From contig JBJENV010000060.1 in the NCBI GenBank assembly GCA_051880375.1, forward strand, positions 9,228-73,227: 64,000 bases of DNA. The letters run 5' to 3'. Made by a program: the position numbers and the translations under genes. Position 1 is the stretch's first letter, and every line of letters begins with the position of its first letter. The notes below the pieces were generated by a model. That model was not told where the DNA came from and did no database searches. It saw nothing but the letters and a program-made list of their open reading frames with translations. The DNA is from Lachnospiraceae bacterium (GTDB lineage Bacteria; Bacillota; Clostridia; Lachnospirales; Lachnospiraceae). This document shows, one piece after another, positions 1 through 9,689 of this stretch.

Positions 1-552
1 GCGATTGCCATGCTGTTGGCGCTCCGGATTGCGCTCGGCTTCGCAACGACGATTCGAATTACGGATTCCATTAAAATCGGATTTTCGATTTTTCCGACAA
101 CGGTGCTTTGTATGCTGTTCGGACCGGTGGCAGGAGCCATAGCAGGCGGCGTTGCAGATTTGGTCGGCTTTTTTATTAAGCCGAGCGGGGTATTTTTTCC
201 GGGCTATACGCTTGACTGCATTGTGGCGGGGCTGATTTACGGCTACAGCTTTTACAAACGTGAAAAAATCACGCCGCTTCGGGTAGTGCTGACGCTGCTT
301 AGTGTTACCGTGATTGTCAACCTATGCATGACAACTACCTGGATCAGCTTTCAGATGTCGGTTGGCAGCTTTGGCGCTATTTTAGCTGACCCTGCCGGAG
401 CCTTTCATAACTTTACAGCAAAGTTTGTGGCATTGCTGCTGGGAGGAAGACTATGGAAGAATCTTGTGATGCTGCCGATTAACAGCGTACTGGTTTACCT
501 GTTGCTGAATTTGGTGCGGAAACTGAACCTGAAACGGATACTGGAATCGTAG
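1..552 (+). CDS. Folate-family ECF transporter S component (5' partial; reading frame is open to window start)
   Basis: Multi-TM protein whose pattern (IGFSIFP...FGPVAGAIAGGVADLVGFFIKPSG.FFPGYTL) matches FolT-like ECF S components. The frame stays open upstream of the ATG at 10. Confidence 0.65.
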   Translation, partial: AIAMLLALRIALGFATTIRITDSIKIGFSIFPTTVLCMLFGPVAGAIAGGVADLVGFFIKPSGVFFPGYTLDCIVAGLIYGYSFYKREKITPLRVVLTLLSVTVIVNLCMTTTWISFQMSVGSFGAILADPAGAFHNFTAKFVALLLGGRLWKNLVMLPINSVLVYLLLNLVRKLNLKRILES

Positions 553-597
553 CACGTAATATTTTCCAGATAGAAAAAGAAAAACGGAGGACAGAGT

Positions 598-1728
598 ATG
601 ATTGATTTGGCGGAGTCGAGAGCTTCCATTGACCGGATAGACAAGGAAATCGTTTCCCTATTTGAAGAACGCATGCGCATTGCGGAAGATGTGGCAGAAT
701 ATAAGAAAAATACAGGAAAAAAAGTATTCGATCCGGTGCGGGAGGCTGAAAAGCTGGAAACGCTGTCGGCGCTTGCTACCACGGAATTTAATGAGCGCGC
801 CGTAAAGGAACTGTTCTCCCAGATTATGTCCATCAGCAGGAAGTATCAGTATTCCCTGCTTTCGGAGGAATTCGAAGCCTTTGAAACGTTTGAGGAGCTG
901 CCAAAGGGAAAGGAGGTCAAGGTTTGCTTTTTCGGGGCGGCAGGTTCTTATTCGGAGCAGGCTATGGAAGACTGCTTCGGAACCGAAATCGAAAGCTTTT
1001 CGGCAGACAGCTTTAAAGCGGTTATGGAGGCAGTACAGGACGGCAGGGCGGATTTCGGTGTGCTCCCGATTGAAAATACAACGACCGGAGGCATTACCGA
1101 CAGCTACGATTTGCTGATGGAGTATGAAAATTATATTGTTGCGGAGCATGTCGTGAAGATTGAACATGCACTGCTTGCCTGCCCCGGGGCAACGATAGAA
1201 GGTTTAAGGCAGGTATATTCCCATCCACAGGCTATCGGACAGTGCAGACGTTTCTTTGAGGAGCATCCGAAGGTACAGCCACAGCCATGCGCCAGCACCT
1301 CGGAATGTGCGAAGCGGGTAAAGGAGTCCGGGGATACCTCCTGTGCTGCCATTGCAAGTCTGCGGGCAGCGAAGCTGTACGGACTTCAGGTGTTAAAGGA
1401 ATGCTTAAATACCGAGCAGGTCAATTCTACCCGCTTTATTATTGTGGCAAGAAAACGCCGGTGTCTGACCAATGCCAATAAGGTGAGCATCTGCTTTGAA
1501 CTCCCGCACGAGTCCGGAAGTCTGTACCGTATGCTCAGTCATATCATGTACAATAATCTGAATATGACAAAAATCGAATCCAGACCGATTCCGGGCAGAA
1601 GCTTTGAGTACCGTTTTTTTGTGGATTTTGAGGGAAAACTGACGGATGCGGCAGTAAAAAATACATTAAACGGCATCAAACAGGAGGCATCCAGATGCCG
1701 GGTGCTCGGAAATATAGCAACAGAGTAG
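598..1728 (+). CDS. pheA: Bifunctional chorismate mutase / prephenate dehydratase
   Basis: N-terminal CM type 2 helix (RASIDRIDKEIVSLFEERMRIAEDVAEYK), a PDT domain (GAAGSYSEQA...PIENTTTG) and a C-terminal ACT domain (ESRP...YRFFVDFEG). RBS GGAGG lies upstream. Confidence 0.9.
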   Translation: MIDLAESRASIDRIDKEIVSLFEERMRIAEDVAEYKKNTGKKVFDPVREAEKLETLSALATTEFNERAVKELFSQIMSISRKYQYSLLSEEFEAFETFEELPKGKEVKVCFFGAAGSYSEQAMEDCFGTEIESFSADSFKAVMEAVQDGRADFGVLPIENTTTGGITDSYDLLMEYENYIVAEHVVKIEHALLACPGATIEGLRQVYSHPQAIGQCRRFFEEHPKVQPQPCASTSECAKRVKESGDTSCAAIASLRAAKLYGLQVLKECLNTEQVNSTRFIIVARKRRCLTNANKVSICFELPHESGSLYRMLSHIMYNNLNMTKIESRPIPGRSFEYRFFVDFEGKLTDAAVKNTLNGIKQEASRCRVLGNIATE

Positions 1729-1843
1729 AAGAAACAACACAATTCATTCTTTTTTTATAGGGAAATCACAAATAGGACATACTTTTCTGATATGATGACA
1801 GAGAAAAAGAGGCAGTACCTATAAAAGAATGGAGTGAAAGGAA

Positions 1844-3058
1844 ATGAAGAAACACTTTTTTATAAAACTTGCAGCAATAGCGCTGCTCACGGGGATTCTC
1901 TGCGGAGGCACTTATCAGGGAGTACTTCGGTACAGGCAGTGGACAGAGTCAAAAAAGGAAGAAAATATAGCAAACCAGATGCCTTCAGAAGATGATAATC
2001 AGAAGGAATTACCGAAGGGCGAAGTCACGGAGTATACGCCGACACCGTTTGTTACGGCGGATACGAGTAAACAGGATGTTTCCGGCGTTGTGAATAAGGT
2101 AATGCCGGCACTTGTTTCCGTGCAGTGCCGTTTTAAAAATATTACCTATGACTTTTTTGGAAGAGCCTATGAATCGGAGAGTGCCGGAAGCGGTTCCGGC
2201 ATTCTGATGGCTCAGAATAATGAGGAGCTTCTGATTGTGACGAATCACCATGTGGTAGCAGATGCAGCATCGGTAGAGGTGATGTTTATTGATGAAACTA
2301 CGGCAAAGGCAGAGGTCAGAGGCAGCGAAGCCTCGGAGGACTTAGCAGTAATTTCTGTAAAACTGAAGGATCTGAAAAAGGAAACACTTCAGACCATCCG
2401 GATTGCTTCGCTTGGCAGCTCGGATGACTTAAAGCTCGGGCAGATGGTGATTGCCATTGGCAATGCGCTGGGCTACGGACAGTCTACCACGGTTGGCTAT
2501 ATCAGTGCTATGGACCGTGAGGTTACGTTTGATGACGGCACCTCCATGCAGCTGATTCAGACCGATGTGGCAATCAATCCGGGAAACAGCGGCGGTGCGC
2601 TTTTAAATGCAAGGGGTGAGGTCATCGGTATTAACAATTCCAAGCTGGTGGATTCCTCCGTAGAAGGAGTCTGCTATGCCATCCCGATTTCAAAAGCGGT
2701 TCCGATCATTAATGAGTTATTAAACAGAGAAACCCTTGCGGACAATGAAAAGGCCTATATGGGCATTAGCGGACAGAATGTGACAAAGGCAAATGCCGAG
2801 GCACTCAATATGCCGGTCGGCATATATATAAAAGAGGTAGAAAAAGGCTCTCCGGCGGAGGCTGCAGGGTTAACGGTCGGTAATATTCTGACTGCAGTGA
2901 ATGGAAAAACGGTAGAGGAAATGGCGGATTTATCAAGAATACTTTCCTATACAAGAGGCGGTTCTACAGGGACACTGACCATACAGGTCATGAGGGACGG
3001 TGCCTATGTGGAGGAGGAACTTGACATTACCTTTGGATATCAGAAAAAGAGCAAATAA
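1844..3058 (+). CDS. htrA: HtrA/DegP-family trypsin-like serine protease with N-terminal membrane anchor and C-terminal PDZ domain
   Basis: Catalytic motifs TNHHV, DLAV and GNSGGAL are present. PDZ-like segment GIYIKEVEKGSPAEAAGL. One N-terminal TM helix. Confidence 0.85.
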   Translation: MKKHFFIKLAAIALLTGILCGGTYQGVLRYRQWTESKKEENIANQMPSEDDNQKELPKGEVTEYTPTPFVTADTSKQDVSGVVNKVMPALVSVQCRFKNITYDFFGRAYESESAGSGSGILMAQNNEELLIVTNHHVVADAASVEVMFIDETTAKAEVRGSEASEDLAVISVKLKDLKKETLQTIRIASLGSSDDLKLGQMVIAIGNALGYGQSTTVGYISAMDREVTFDDGTSMQLIQTDVAINPGNSGGALLNARGEVIGINNSKLVDSSVEGVCYAIPISKAVPIINELLNRETLADNEKAYMGISGQNVTKANAEALNMPVGIYIKEVEKGSPAEAAGLTVGNILTAVNGKTVEEMADLSRILSYTRGGSTGTLTIQVMRDGAYVEEELDITFGYQKKSK

Positions 3059-3073
3059 GGAGAGATTGTACGT

Positions 3074-4189
3074 ATGGCAAATCTGCTTGATTATCTGGAA
3101 TGGCGAGGGGACCTGACGTGGGAGGCCTCTCCCTTTAACGAGGTCGACAGTCTGATACTTTCGTGGCTGTCGTATGTGGCTTTGGACGGCATTGTGCCGG
3201 AACATTGCTCGGAACAGGATGCCGTTTCTATCAAAGAAGCGGAGCATCTGTTTTTCTTAACGCACAATCTGGATAAAATCATGAAGGAAACACAGTCGTT
3301 TACGAAAAGCTCAGCGCTTCTTTTAAAGAAGCTGGCAGAAAGCAGAAGGTTTTCCGAGGTACGTCTGACCGGTTTTGTCAATCGTATAGACTACGAAAAA
3401 GAAACACAGTTTTGTGCCATGACGGCGCTGCTTACCGGACAGACCGCCTGTGCTGTATTCCGCGGAACGGATGCCACACTGATTGGGTGGAAGGAGGACT
3501 TTAACATGAGCTTCCTGCCGGTCATACCGGCACAGGAGATGGCACTGCGGTATCTGGAGGAAGCAGCCTCCTCCATAAAGGGAAAGCTGTTGCTTGCCGG
3601 ACATTCCAAAGGCGGAAACCTTGCCATCTATGCAGGGGTACGCTGCTCCGATAAGGTGCGAAAGCGGATTATGACTATTTATAATAATGACGGTCCGGGA
3701 TTTTATGATATCCAGAGCCTTGGAGAGCATTACGAAGAAATGCTTCCGAAAATTCAGACCTATGTTCCGAAATCCTCCATTGTCGGCATGCTGTTAGAAC
3801 GGGAAGGCGATCATGTTGTTGTAAAAAGTACAGCAAAGGGCTTTGACCAGCACGATGCACTGTCATGGCAGGTGTTGGGAGCGCACTTTGTCACGGAAGA
3901 ATCCCTGTCGGAAGCCAGCAGGCTGCTTCGTATTACGATAAGGAACTGGTTGAAGACACTGGAAAAGGAAGAACGGGAACAGTTTGTGGATACACTGTTT
4001 CAGGTGCTTGAAATGACACAGGCAAAAACGGTGGATGATTTGACGGCAGAGTGGCATAAAGCTGCAAATGCCATCATTAAGAGCTTTAACGGTCTGGATA
4101 AACAGACGAAGCTGATGCTCGCAAAGACAGTGCGGGCTCTTTTAAAGGAAGGCAATCTGACCATTCGCAACACAAGGAAAAAGAAGTAA
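3074..4189 (+). CDS. DUF2974 / Mbeg1-like alpha/beta-hydrolase (lipase-like) protein
   Basis: Nucleophile elbow GHSKGGNLA and the N-terminal LDYLEWRGDL...SYV pattern are typical of DUF2974. Starts 15 nt after htrA. Confidence 0.65.
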   Translation: MANLLDYLEWRGDLTWEASPFNEVDSLILSWLSYVALDGIVPEHCSEQDAVSIKEAEHLFFLTHNLDKIMKETQSFTKSSALLLKKLAESRRFSEVRLTGFVNRIDYEKETQFCAMTALLTGQTACAVFRGTDATLIGWKEDFNMSFLPVIPAQEMALRYLEEAASSIKGKLLLAGHSKGGNLAIYAGVRCSDKVRKRIMTIYNNDGPGFYDIQSLGEHYEEMLPKIQTYVPKSSIVGMLLEREGDHVVVKSTAKGFDQHDALSWQVLGAHFVTEESLSEASRLLRITIRNWLKTLEKEEREQFVDTLFQVLEMTQAKTVDDLTAEWHKAANAIIKSFNGLDKQTKLMLAKTVRALLKEGNLTIRNTRKKK

Positions 4190-4260
4190 GTATCACAAAA
4201 TTCCTCTCTGATGAGTATAATGACAGCATAGCTGACAATTGGATTCAGGGAGGATTTTTT

Positions 4261-5250
4261 ATGAAACGCAGAGTTGGCATTTTTGCGGCAGCAATGTTAC
4301 TTAGTATACTGCTTTGCGCCTGCAAAAACGAAGGTGACCTGGTAAAGGTGCAGTTAAACGAGGTAGCACATTCGATTTTCTATGCGCCGATGTATGTGGC
4401 AATCGAAGAGGGCTATTTTGAAGAGGAGGGCATCGACCTTACTCTGGTCAACGGCCTTGGTGCCGATAAAACGATGACGGCTGTGTTGTCGGGAGAGGCA
4501 GATATCGGGTTTATGGGCTCGGAGGCATCCATTTACGTATATAACGAGGGTGCAGAAGACTATGTTGTGAACTTTGCCCAGCTGACGCAGCGTGCCGGAA
4601 ATTTTCTGGTTTCCAGAACCGAACAAAAAGATTTTCAGGTAACGGATCTGAAGGGAAAGACAGTGATTGGCGGACGTAAGGGCGGTATGCCGCAGATGGT
4701 CTTTGAGTATATCTTAAAGAAGCATGGCATTCATCCGGAAAACGATTTGGAAATCATAAAGAACATTGATTTCGGCATGACCTCGCAGGCATTTGCCGGA
4801 GGAACCGGAGACTATACGGTAGAATTTGAGCCGGCAGCAACAGCGCTTGAGTTAGAGGGAACCGGCTACGTGGTGGCATCACTCGGTGTGGAGAGCGGCT
4901 ATGTTCCGTATACGGCATATTCCGCAAAGAAAAGCTATATCGAAAAGAATCCGGACGTGATAGAAGGATTCGTAAAGGCATTACAAAAGGGTATGGACTA
5001 CGTGCAGACACATACGCCGAAGGAAATTGCAGGGGTGATTCAACCTCAGTTTAAGGAAACCCCGATAGAAACGATAGAACTCATTGTCTCCCGGTACTAT
5101 GAGCAGGATACCTGGAAGGAAAATCTGATTTTTGAAGAGGATTCGTTTACGCTGTTGCTCGACATACTGGAAAGCGCAGGAGAGTTAAGCAAAAGACCGC
5201 CGTATGCCGATCTGGTAGATAACACCTATGCCAAAAAAGCAGCAAAATAA
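4261..5250 (+). CDS. ABC-transporter substrate-binding lipoprotein, NMT1/THI5-like (nitrate/sulfonate/pyrimidine family); no cognate permease or ATPase adjacent
   Basis: Lipoprotein signal with lipobox LLCAC. SsuA/NMT1-like pattern (HSIFYAPMYVA.EEGYF.EEG). Confidence 0.7.
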   Translation: MKRRVGIFAAAMLLSILLCACKNEGDLVKVQLNEVAHSIFYAPMYVAIEEGYFEEEGIDLTLVNGLGADKTMTAVLSGEADIGFMGSEASIYVYNEGAEDYVVNFAQLTQRAGNFLVSRTEQKDFQVTDLKGKTVIGGRKGGMPQMVFEYILKKHGIHPENDLEIIKNIDFGMTSQAFAGGTGDYTVEFEPAATALELEGTGYVVASLGVESGYVPYTAYSAKKSYIEKNPDVIEGFVKALQKGMDYVQTHTPKEIAGVIQPQFKETPIETIELIVSRYYEQDTWKENLIFEEDSFTLLLDILESAGELSKRPPYADLVDNTYAKKAAK

Positions 5251-5262
5251 TATAACGGAAAG

Positions 5263-5298
5263 AAAAAATCGCTGGAGTTCCCACTTCAGCGATTTTTT
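5263..5298. terminator. Bidirectional intrinsic terminator between convergent genes
   Basis: AAAAAATCGCTGGAG / CTTCAGCGATTTTTT hairpin with an A-run on the left and a T-run on the right. Confidence 0.6.
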
Positions 5299-5315
5299 GG
5301 TTGATACAGATTGAA

Positions 5316-5588
5316 TTATTCTTCGGACGTTTCCTCAGTTTCCTCGGCTTCCTTTGCTTCTTCCTCGTCTTCGTATTCGTCCTCATAGTCATCAAAATCA
5401 TCTAAGTAGTCCGGCGTAAAGTAGCGGTAAACGGCATAAGCGATTAAGGCAACTGCGGCAACTGCACCGATAACGGCAAGTATGCATACGGCTGCATTAC
5501 ACTTTTTTTCCGGCTCCTGCTTTTTGCCGAGAAGCTCGGCAAGCTTTGCATTGCTTGCAAGAAGTTCATCAATTTTCTTCATATTCAT
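5316..5588 (-). CDS. Small single-pass membrane protein with highly acidic C-terminal tail (hypothetical)
   Basis: ORF with RBS AGGAAG 5 nt before the ATG at 5588. Central TM helix (AAVCILAVIGAVAAVALIAYAVY). D/E-rich tail. Confidence 0.5.
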   Translation of the reverse strand: MNMKKIDELLASNAKLAELLGKKQEPEKKCNAAVCILAVIGAVAAVALIAYAVYRYFTPDYLDDFDDYEDEYEDEEEAKEAEETEETSEE

Positions 5589-5674
5589 ATCATCTTCCTT
5601 TCTGAATAGCATTCTATTAGTTGTCCTAAGTATATCACGTTTCCTTTGTATTTACTACAGGAATCTTGCAAATT

Positions 5675-8041
5675 TTAAAGTTTTTTCAGATTTGCAAACG
5701 AAGCAAGCATTTTTTTGGTACCGTAGTGAGGAAACTCCACCGTTACCTCATAATCTTTGCCTCCGTTTACAATGGAGGTGACGGTTCCGGTGCCGAATTT
5801 GATATGCAGTACCGTGTCGCCGACCTCATAGGAGAGCGGTCTTGCCCCTCCGTTCCCGAAGGATTTTGCAGGAGTCTTGTCAAACATCGTGTTTGAGTAT
5901 GCCGGAGCAGAGTACGGCTTTGCAGTGCGGTTGGAAAATGCGGTATCCCCGGAAGGAGTATTGCGCGTTGTCGCGTTGCGAACCGGACTTTCTGCAAAGG
6001 CGGAGCTTTTGCGGAAGGCAGAAGCGTTTCCGGCGGAAGGCGAGGTGATGCTTAACAGGTAACGCGGTATTTCCTTAATGAAACGGGAAACGGAGTTAAA
6101 CTGGCTTTCTCCGCGCAGCATACGCATTCTGGCAGAACTTAGGAACAGCTCTTTCATGGCACGGGTAATGCCGACATAACAAAGACGGCGTTCCTCTTCA
6201 ATTTCCGGCTCCGGATTGTCCGCACTGATGGACATATAGCTCGGGAACAGACCTTCCTCCATACCACACAGGAAGACATAAGGAAATTCCAGCCCCTTTG
6301 CGTTATGTAAGGTCATCAGGGAAACATAGTTTCCGGAATCCTCGTCATCCTCCTCTTCGTCGGCAGCGGCTTCCTCACTGTTTAAGCCGCAGTATTCCAG
6401 AAAGCCGGTGAGCGACGGCATGTCCTCGGTCTGTTCGTATCGCTCGGCATAGGAGATGAGAGCGTCGATGTTCTGAATGCGTTCTTCGGCGGTTTCCGGG
6501 TCGTCGCTTCTAAGCTCGTCAATATAGCCGGTTTCCTCTAACAGCTTTTTGATTAACTGCTTGATGGAGGCATGGTTGGTGTCGCGTTCATAGCGGAGTG
6601 CTTCTATGAGTGCCAGAAACGAAACCAGTTTGGTACGGGCACGTTCCAGCCCCGGAATCTGCTCGGCGCGCTCTAAGGCGGAGTAGAAGTTCATGTCGTT
6701 TAGAATCGCATAGTCGCGGATGCGTTCAATCGTTGTAAGACCGATGCCGCGCTTCGGAACGTTGATAATGCGGACGAGGGCAACGTCATCTCTGGCATTG
6801 TCGACGGTTTTTAAGTAGGCAATGATGTCTTTGATTTCCTTACGCTGGAAGAAGCTTAGGGCGCCGATGGTTTTTGCCTTGATGTGGGCGGCACGGAGCG
6901 CCTTTTCAAAGACGAGCGACTGGGCGTTTGTACGGTACAGTACAGCAAAGTCACGAAATTTCAGGTCGTTCTCTTCCATCAGGCGTTTGATTTGGGAAGC
7001 AACACCGTTTCCTTCTTCTACATCATTTTCGTACTGGGTAAAATGCACGGCGCTGCCTTCGGCGTTTTCGGTCCAGAGCGACTTGTCCTTTCTGCCCTTA
7101 TTGTTATGAATGACCTCATTGGCGGCAGCAAGGATGCTTTTGGTAGAGCGGTAGTTCTGCTCCAGCTTGATAACTCTGGCATCCGGGTATTCCTTTTCAA
7201 AATTTAAAATGTTGTAAATATTGGCGCCGCGGAATTTGTAGATGGACTGGTCATCGTCACCGACAACACAAAGGTTGTGCTCGATTTCCCCATATTCGTT
7301 TTCGGAGGAAGCAAGCAGCTTGATGAGCTGAAACTGTGCGGTATTCGTATCCTGATATTCATCCACCATGATGTAGCGGAAACGCCGCTGGTAGTAGGAG
7401 AGCACATCCTGATTGGAACGGAACAGCTCTACGGTTTTAAAAATCAGATCATCAAAATCCAACGCATTGTTTTCTTTCAGACGACGCTGGTATTCGCGGT
7501 AGGCACGGGCTACCTGCTTCGTGCGGTAATCCATGGCGGTTCGTTCGTAGGCATCCGGGGAGACCAGTTCGTCCTTTGCCGAGGAAATCGCAGAAAGAAA
7601 CGCACGCTCTTTCATCTGTTTGGTATCAATCTGCAAATACTTGAGAACTTCCTTCATTAATGATTTCTGGTCGTCTGCATCGTAAATCGTGAAGTTCCGG
7701 TCGTAACCGAGGGATTCGATAAAACGGCGCAGAATACGCACACAGGTGGAATGGAAGGTACTGACCCAGACATTTTCCGAACCGGCACCGACGGTTTTTT
7801 CCACACGTTCCTTCATTTCTTTTGCGGCCTTATTCGTAAATGTAATCGCTAAAATCTGATACGGGTTGACACCGCGTTCTTCTATCAGATAGGCGATGCG
7901 GTGCGTCAGTACTCTTGTTTTTCCGGAACCGGCGCCTGCTAAAATTAACAGCGGACCGCGGTCGTGCTTTACCGCCTTTAGCTGCTCAGCGTTCAGGGAA
8001 TCATATATGCTCATAGGAAACCTCCTCGTATATGTTAACAT
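5675..8041 (-). CDS. pcrA: ATP-dependent DNA helicase PcrA (UvrD/Rep superfamily 1)
   Basis: Walker A AGAGSGKT. Motifs FTNKAA, VDEYQDTN, QNYRS and LMTLHNAKGLEF. C-terminal Tudor-like tail GDTVLHIKFGTGTV. Confidence 0.95.
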   Translation of the reverse strand: MLTYTRRFPMSIYDSLNAEQLKAVKHDRGPLLILAGAGSGKTRVLTHRIAYLIEERGVNPYQILAITFTNKAAKEMKERVEKTVGAGSENVWVSTFHSTCVRILRRFIESLGYDRNFTIYDADDQKSLMKEVLKYLQIDTKQMKERAFLSAISSAKDELVSPDAYERTAMDYRTKQVARAYREYQRRLKENNALDFDDLIFKTVELFRSNQDVLSYYQRRFRYIMVDEYQDTNTAQFQLIKLLASSENEYGEIEHNLCVVGDDDQSIYKFRGANIYNILNFEKEYPDARVIKLEQNYRSTKSILAAANEVIHNNKGRKDKSLWTENAEGSAVHFTQYENDVEEGNGVASQIKRLMEENDLKFRDFAVLYRTNAQSLVFEKALRAAHIKAKTIGALSFFQRKEIKDIIAYLKTVDNARDDVALVRIINVPKRGIGLTTIERIRDYAILNDMNFYSALERAEQIPGLERARTKLVSFLALIEALRYERDTNHASIKQLIKKLLEETGYIDELRSDDPETAEERIQNIDALISYAERYEQTEDMPSLTGFLEYCGLNSEEAAADEEEDDEDSGNYVSLMTLHNAKGLEFPYVFLCGMEEGLFPSYMSISADNPEPEIEEERRLCYVGITRAMKELFLSSARMRMLRGESQFNSVSRFIKEIPRYLLSITSPSAGNASAFRKSSAFAESPVRNATTRNTPSGDTAFSNRTAKPYSAPAYSNTMFDKTPAKSFGNGGARPLSYEVGDTVLHIKFGTGTVTSIVNGGKDYEVTVEFPHYGTKKMLASFANLKKL

Positions 8042-8110
8042 TCGAAAGTCAGTTCTATTCTACCATAGGAAAAACGAAAAGGAAAGTACGAAATCTCAAG
8101 AAATGGGTGC

Positions 8111-8139
8111 TTGCCATATGGTTTTAAATACTATATAAT
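8111..8139 (+). promoter_or_regulatory. Candidate sigma-A promoter (TTGCCA-17-TATAAT)
   Basis: -35 at 8111-8116, 17-nt spacer, -10 at 8134-8139, about 25 nt upstream of the 8165 start. Confidence 0.4.
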
Positions 8140-8164
8140 GTAATAAGGAAAGACACAACTGTAT

Positions 8165-8833
8165 ATGAAAACAGTTGTGGGAAAGCAGGGTATGACAATG
8201 GATGACGCAAAAAAGAGTAAAAAGAATCTGGAAGAGCTGATTGAGGAGCTGAAGCGGATTTCGTATATCAAGCCGCAGGAAATTCCGAACATTGAATTAT
8301 ATATGGACCAGGTCACAACGTTTATGGACCGTCACCTGGAGGATACAAAGCGGTATTCGGAGGACAAGCTGTTAACAAAGACCATGATTAACAACTACAC
8401 GAAGAACAATCTGCTGCCATCCCCACAGAAGAAAAAGTATTCCAAGGACCACATGTTCCTCCTGATTTTTATTTACTACTTGAAAAATATCCTGTCGATT
8501 ACGGATATCCATTCGCTGTTAAATCCTCTTACGGAAATGTTTTTCGGAGGGAAAGGAGAAATCAGTCTCGAAGAAATCTATGAGGAAATTTATCAGATAG
8601 AACGTGCACAGTCTTATCCTGTGGCAAAGGACATTGCAAAAAAGGTAGCAGCTGCCGAGGAAACTTTTTCACATGTAGAAGGGGAGGCAGAGCGGGAATA
8701 TTTAAAAAATTTCGCCTATGCCTGCATGTTGTGCTATGATATCTATGTCAAACGCCAGATGTTAGAAAAGCTGATTGACAATAACTTTGCACCGCAGAAC
8801 GAAAAAGATGCAAAGGATGCAAAAGAAAAGTAG
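8165..8833 (+). CDS. DUF1836 domain-containing protein
   Basis: The segment ELYMDQVTTFMD...KLLTKTMINNYTKNNLLPSPQKKKYSKDH is the conserved core I associate with DUF1836. Confidence 0.65.
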   Translation: MKTVVGKQGMTMDDAKKSKKNLEELIEELKRISYIKPQEIPNIELYMDQVTTFMDRHLEDTKRYSEDKLLTKTMINNYTKNNLLPSPQKKKYSKDHMFLLIFIYYLKNILSITDIHSLLNPLTEMFFGGKGEISLEEIYEEIYQIERAQSYPVAKDIAKKVAAAEETFSHVEGEAEREYLKNFAYACMLCYDIYVKRQMLEKLIDNNFAPQNEKDAKDAKEK

Positions 8834-8885
8834 AGAAAATAGGTAATTTCTGACTCGAGTTTTTTTATAAAGTTTTGAAAAAATA

Positions 8886-8913
8886 TTGACAAAAATAATA
8901 CGTTTGGTAAAAT
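8886..8913 (+). promoter_or_regulatory. Candidate sigma-A promoter of the type III TA-like locus (TTGACA-16-TAAAAT)
   Basis: TTGACA at 8886-8891 and TAAAAT at 8908-8913, preceded by TGG (near extended -10). Confidence 0.5.
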
Positions 8914-8919
8914 ACTATT

Positions 8920-8985
8920 AAAGGAGAGTCCTGCCAACAAGTGGACATAAAAAAAGCGTTAGTGTCGCTACGGTGATGCTACATT
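8920..8985 (+). ncRNA. Candidate untranslated leader / antitoxin RNA of the ToxN-like toxin (non-repetitive)
   Basis: No ORF lies between the promoter and the hairpin at 8986. The position matches toxI/antiQ in type III TA loci, but I see no tandem repeats of 30 nt or more. Boundaries are approximate. Confidence 0.3.
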
Positions 8986-9021
8986 CAAGGACTATGGTAA
9001 CATAGTCCTTGAAATATTTTT
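8986..9021 (+). terminator. Hairpin plus T-run between leader RNA and toxin gene
   Basis: CAAGGACTATG-GTAA-CATAGTCCTTG is a perfect 11-bp stem, followed by AAATATTTTT. It ends 14 nt before the toxin ATG. Confidence 0.5.
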
Positions 9022-9034
9022 ACGGGAGAATTAT

Positions 9035-9595
9035 ATGACAAACTCACTATTAGAGGTTTATCGAATAGATATGAAGTACATCAGAAACTTACATAGTATA
9101 GATGACAGGGTGCTGTCTGTATCTCCACAGATAGGAAAGGATGAGCGACCATTCCTCGGGGTGATTATTGTGTGCAATAAGCACAAATACTGTATACCTT
9201 TGTCAAAACCTAAGAAAAAGCACGAAAAAATGCGAGATAAAATAGATTTTAAGAGAATTTTATATAACGATACATTAATAGGTGTTTTGAATTTTAATCT
9301 TATGATACCTGTTGAAGAGGCACAGATACAACGAATTGATACTATAGTACGTAAACATGACAATGCGGATACAAGAAAGAAAAAAGAGCTTTTAATCAAA
9401 GAACTTGAATGGTGCAACGAACATTCTAGGGATTTGATGAATACAGCGAATGTTTTATATCAAACATATATATCAGGTGTGAAGTTTTCTGCCAGAGAAC
9501 GGTGCTTGGATTTTAAAAAAATGGAATTAGAATGTAAGCGATATAACGAAAAACTACATAAAACTAATGTTAAGAATGAAACAAAAGACAATTAA
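9035..9595 (+). CDS. Type III toxin-antitoxin system ToxN/AbiQ-family endoribonuclease toxin
   Basis: The N-terminal pattern Y.IDMKYIRNL...DDRV...RPFLGVIIV...KYCIPLSKPKKKH matches the ToxN/AbiQ hallmark (RPFIG..L...Y.APLSSPK.KH). Size is 186 aa. GC is lower than in the flanking genes. Confidence 0.8.
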   Translation: MTNSLLEVYRIDMKYIRNLHSIDDRVLSVSPQIGKDERPFLGVIIVCNKHKYCIPLSKPKKKHEKMRDKIDFKRILYNDTLIGVLNFNLMIPVEEAQIQRIDTIVRKHDNADTRKKKELLIKELEWCNEHSRDLMNTANVLYQTYISGVKFSARERCLDFKKMELECKRYNEKLHKTNVKNETKDN

Positions 9596-9624
9596 CTATG
9601 ATAGAAGCATCGCGTATACAGAAT

Positions 9625-9671
9625 GAAAAGCAGCTTCGAGATCCGTTGTACGCATCTCGAAGCTGCTTTTC
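9625..9671. terminator. Bidirectional intrinsic terminator
   Basis: GAAAAGCAGCTTCGAGAT / ATCTCGAAGCTGCTTTTC is a perfect 18-bp stem between convergent genes. Confidence 0.7.
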
Positions 9672-9689
9672 ATTTATTATGCGATGTTT

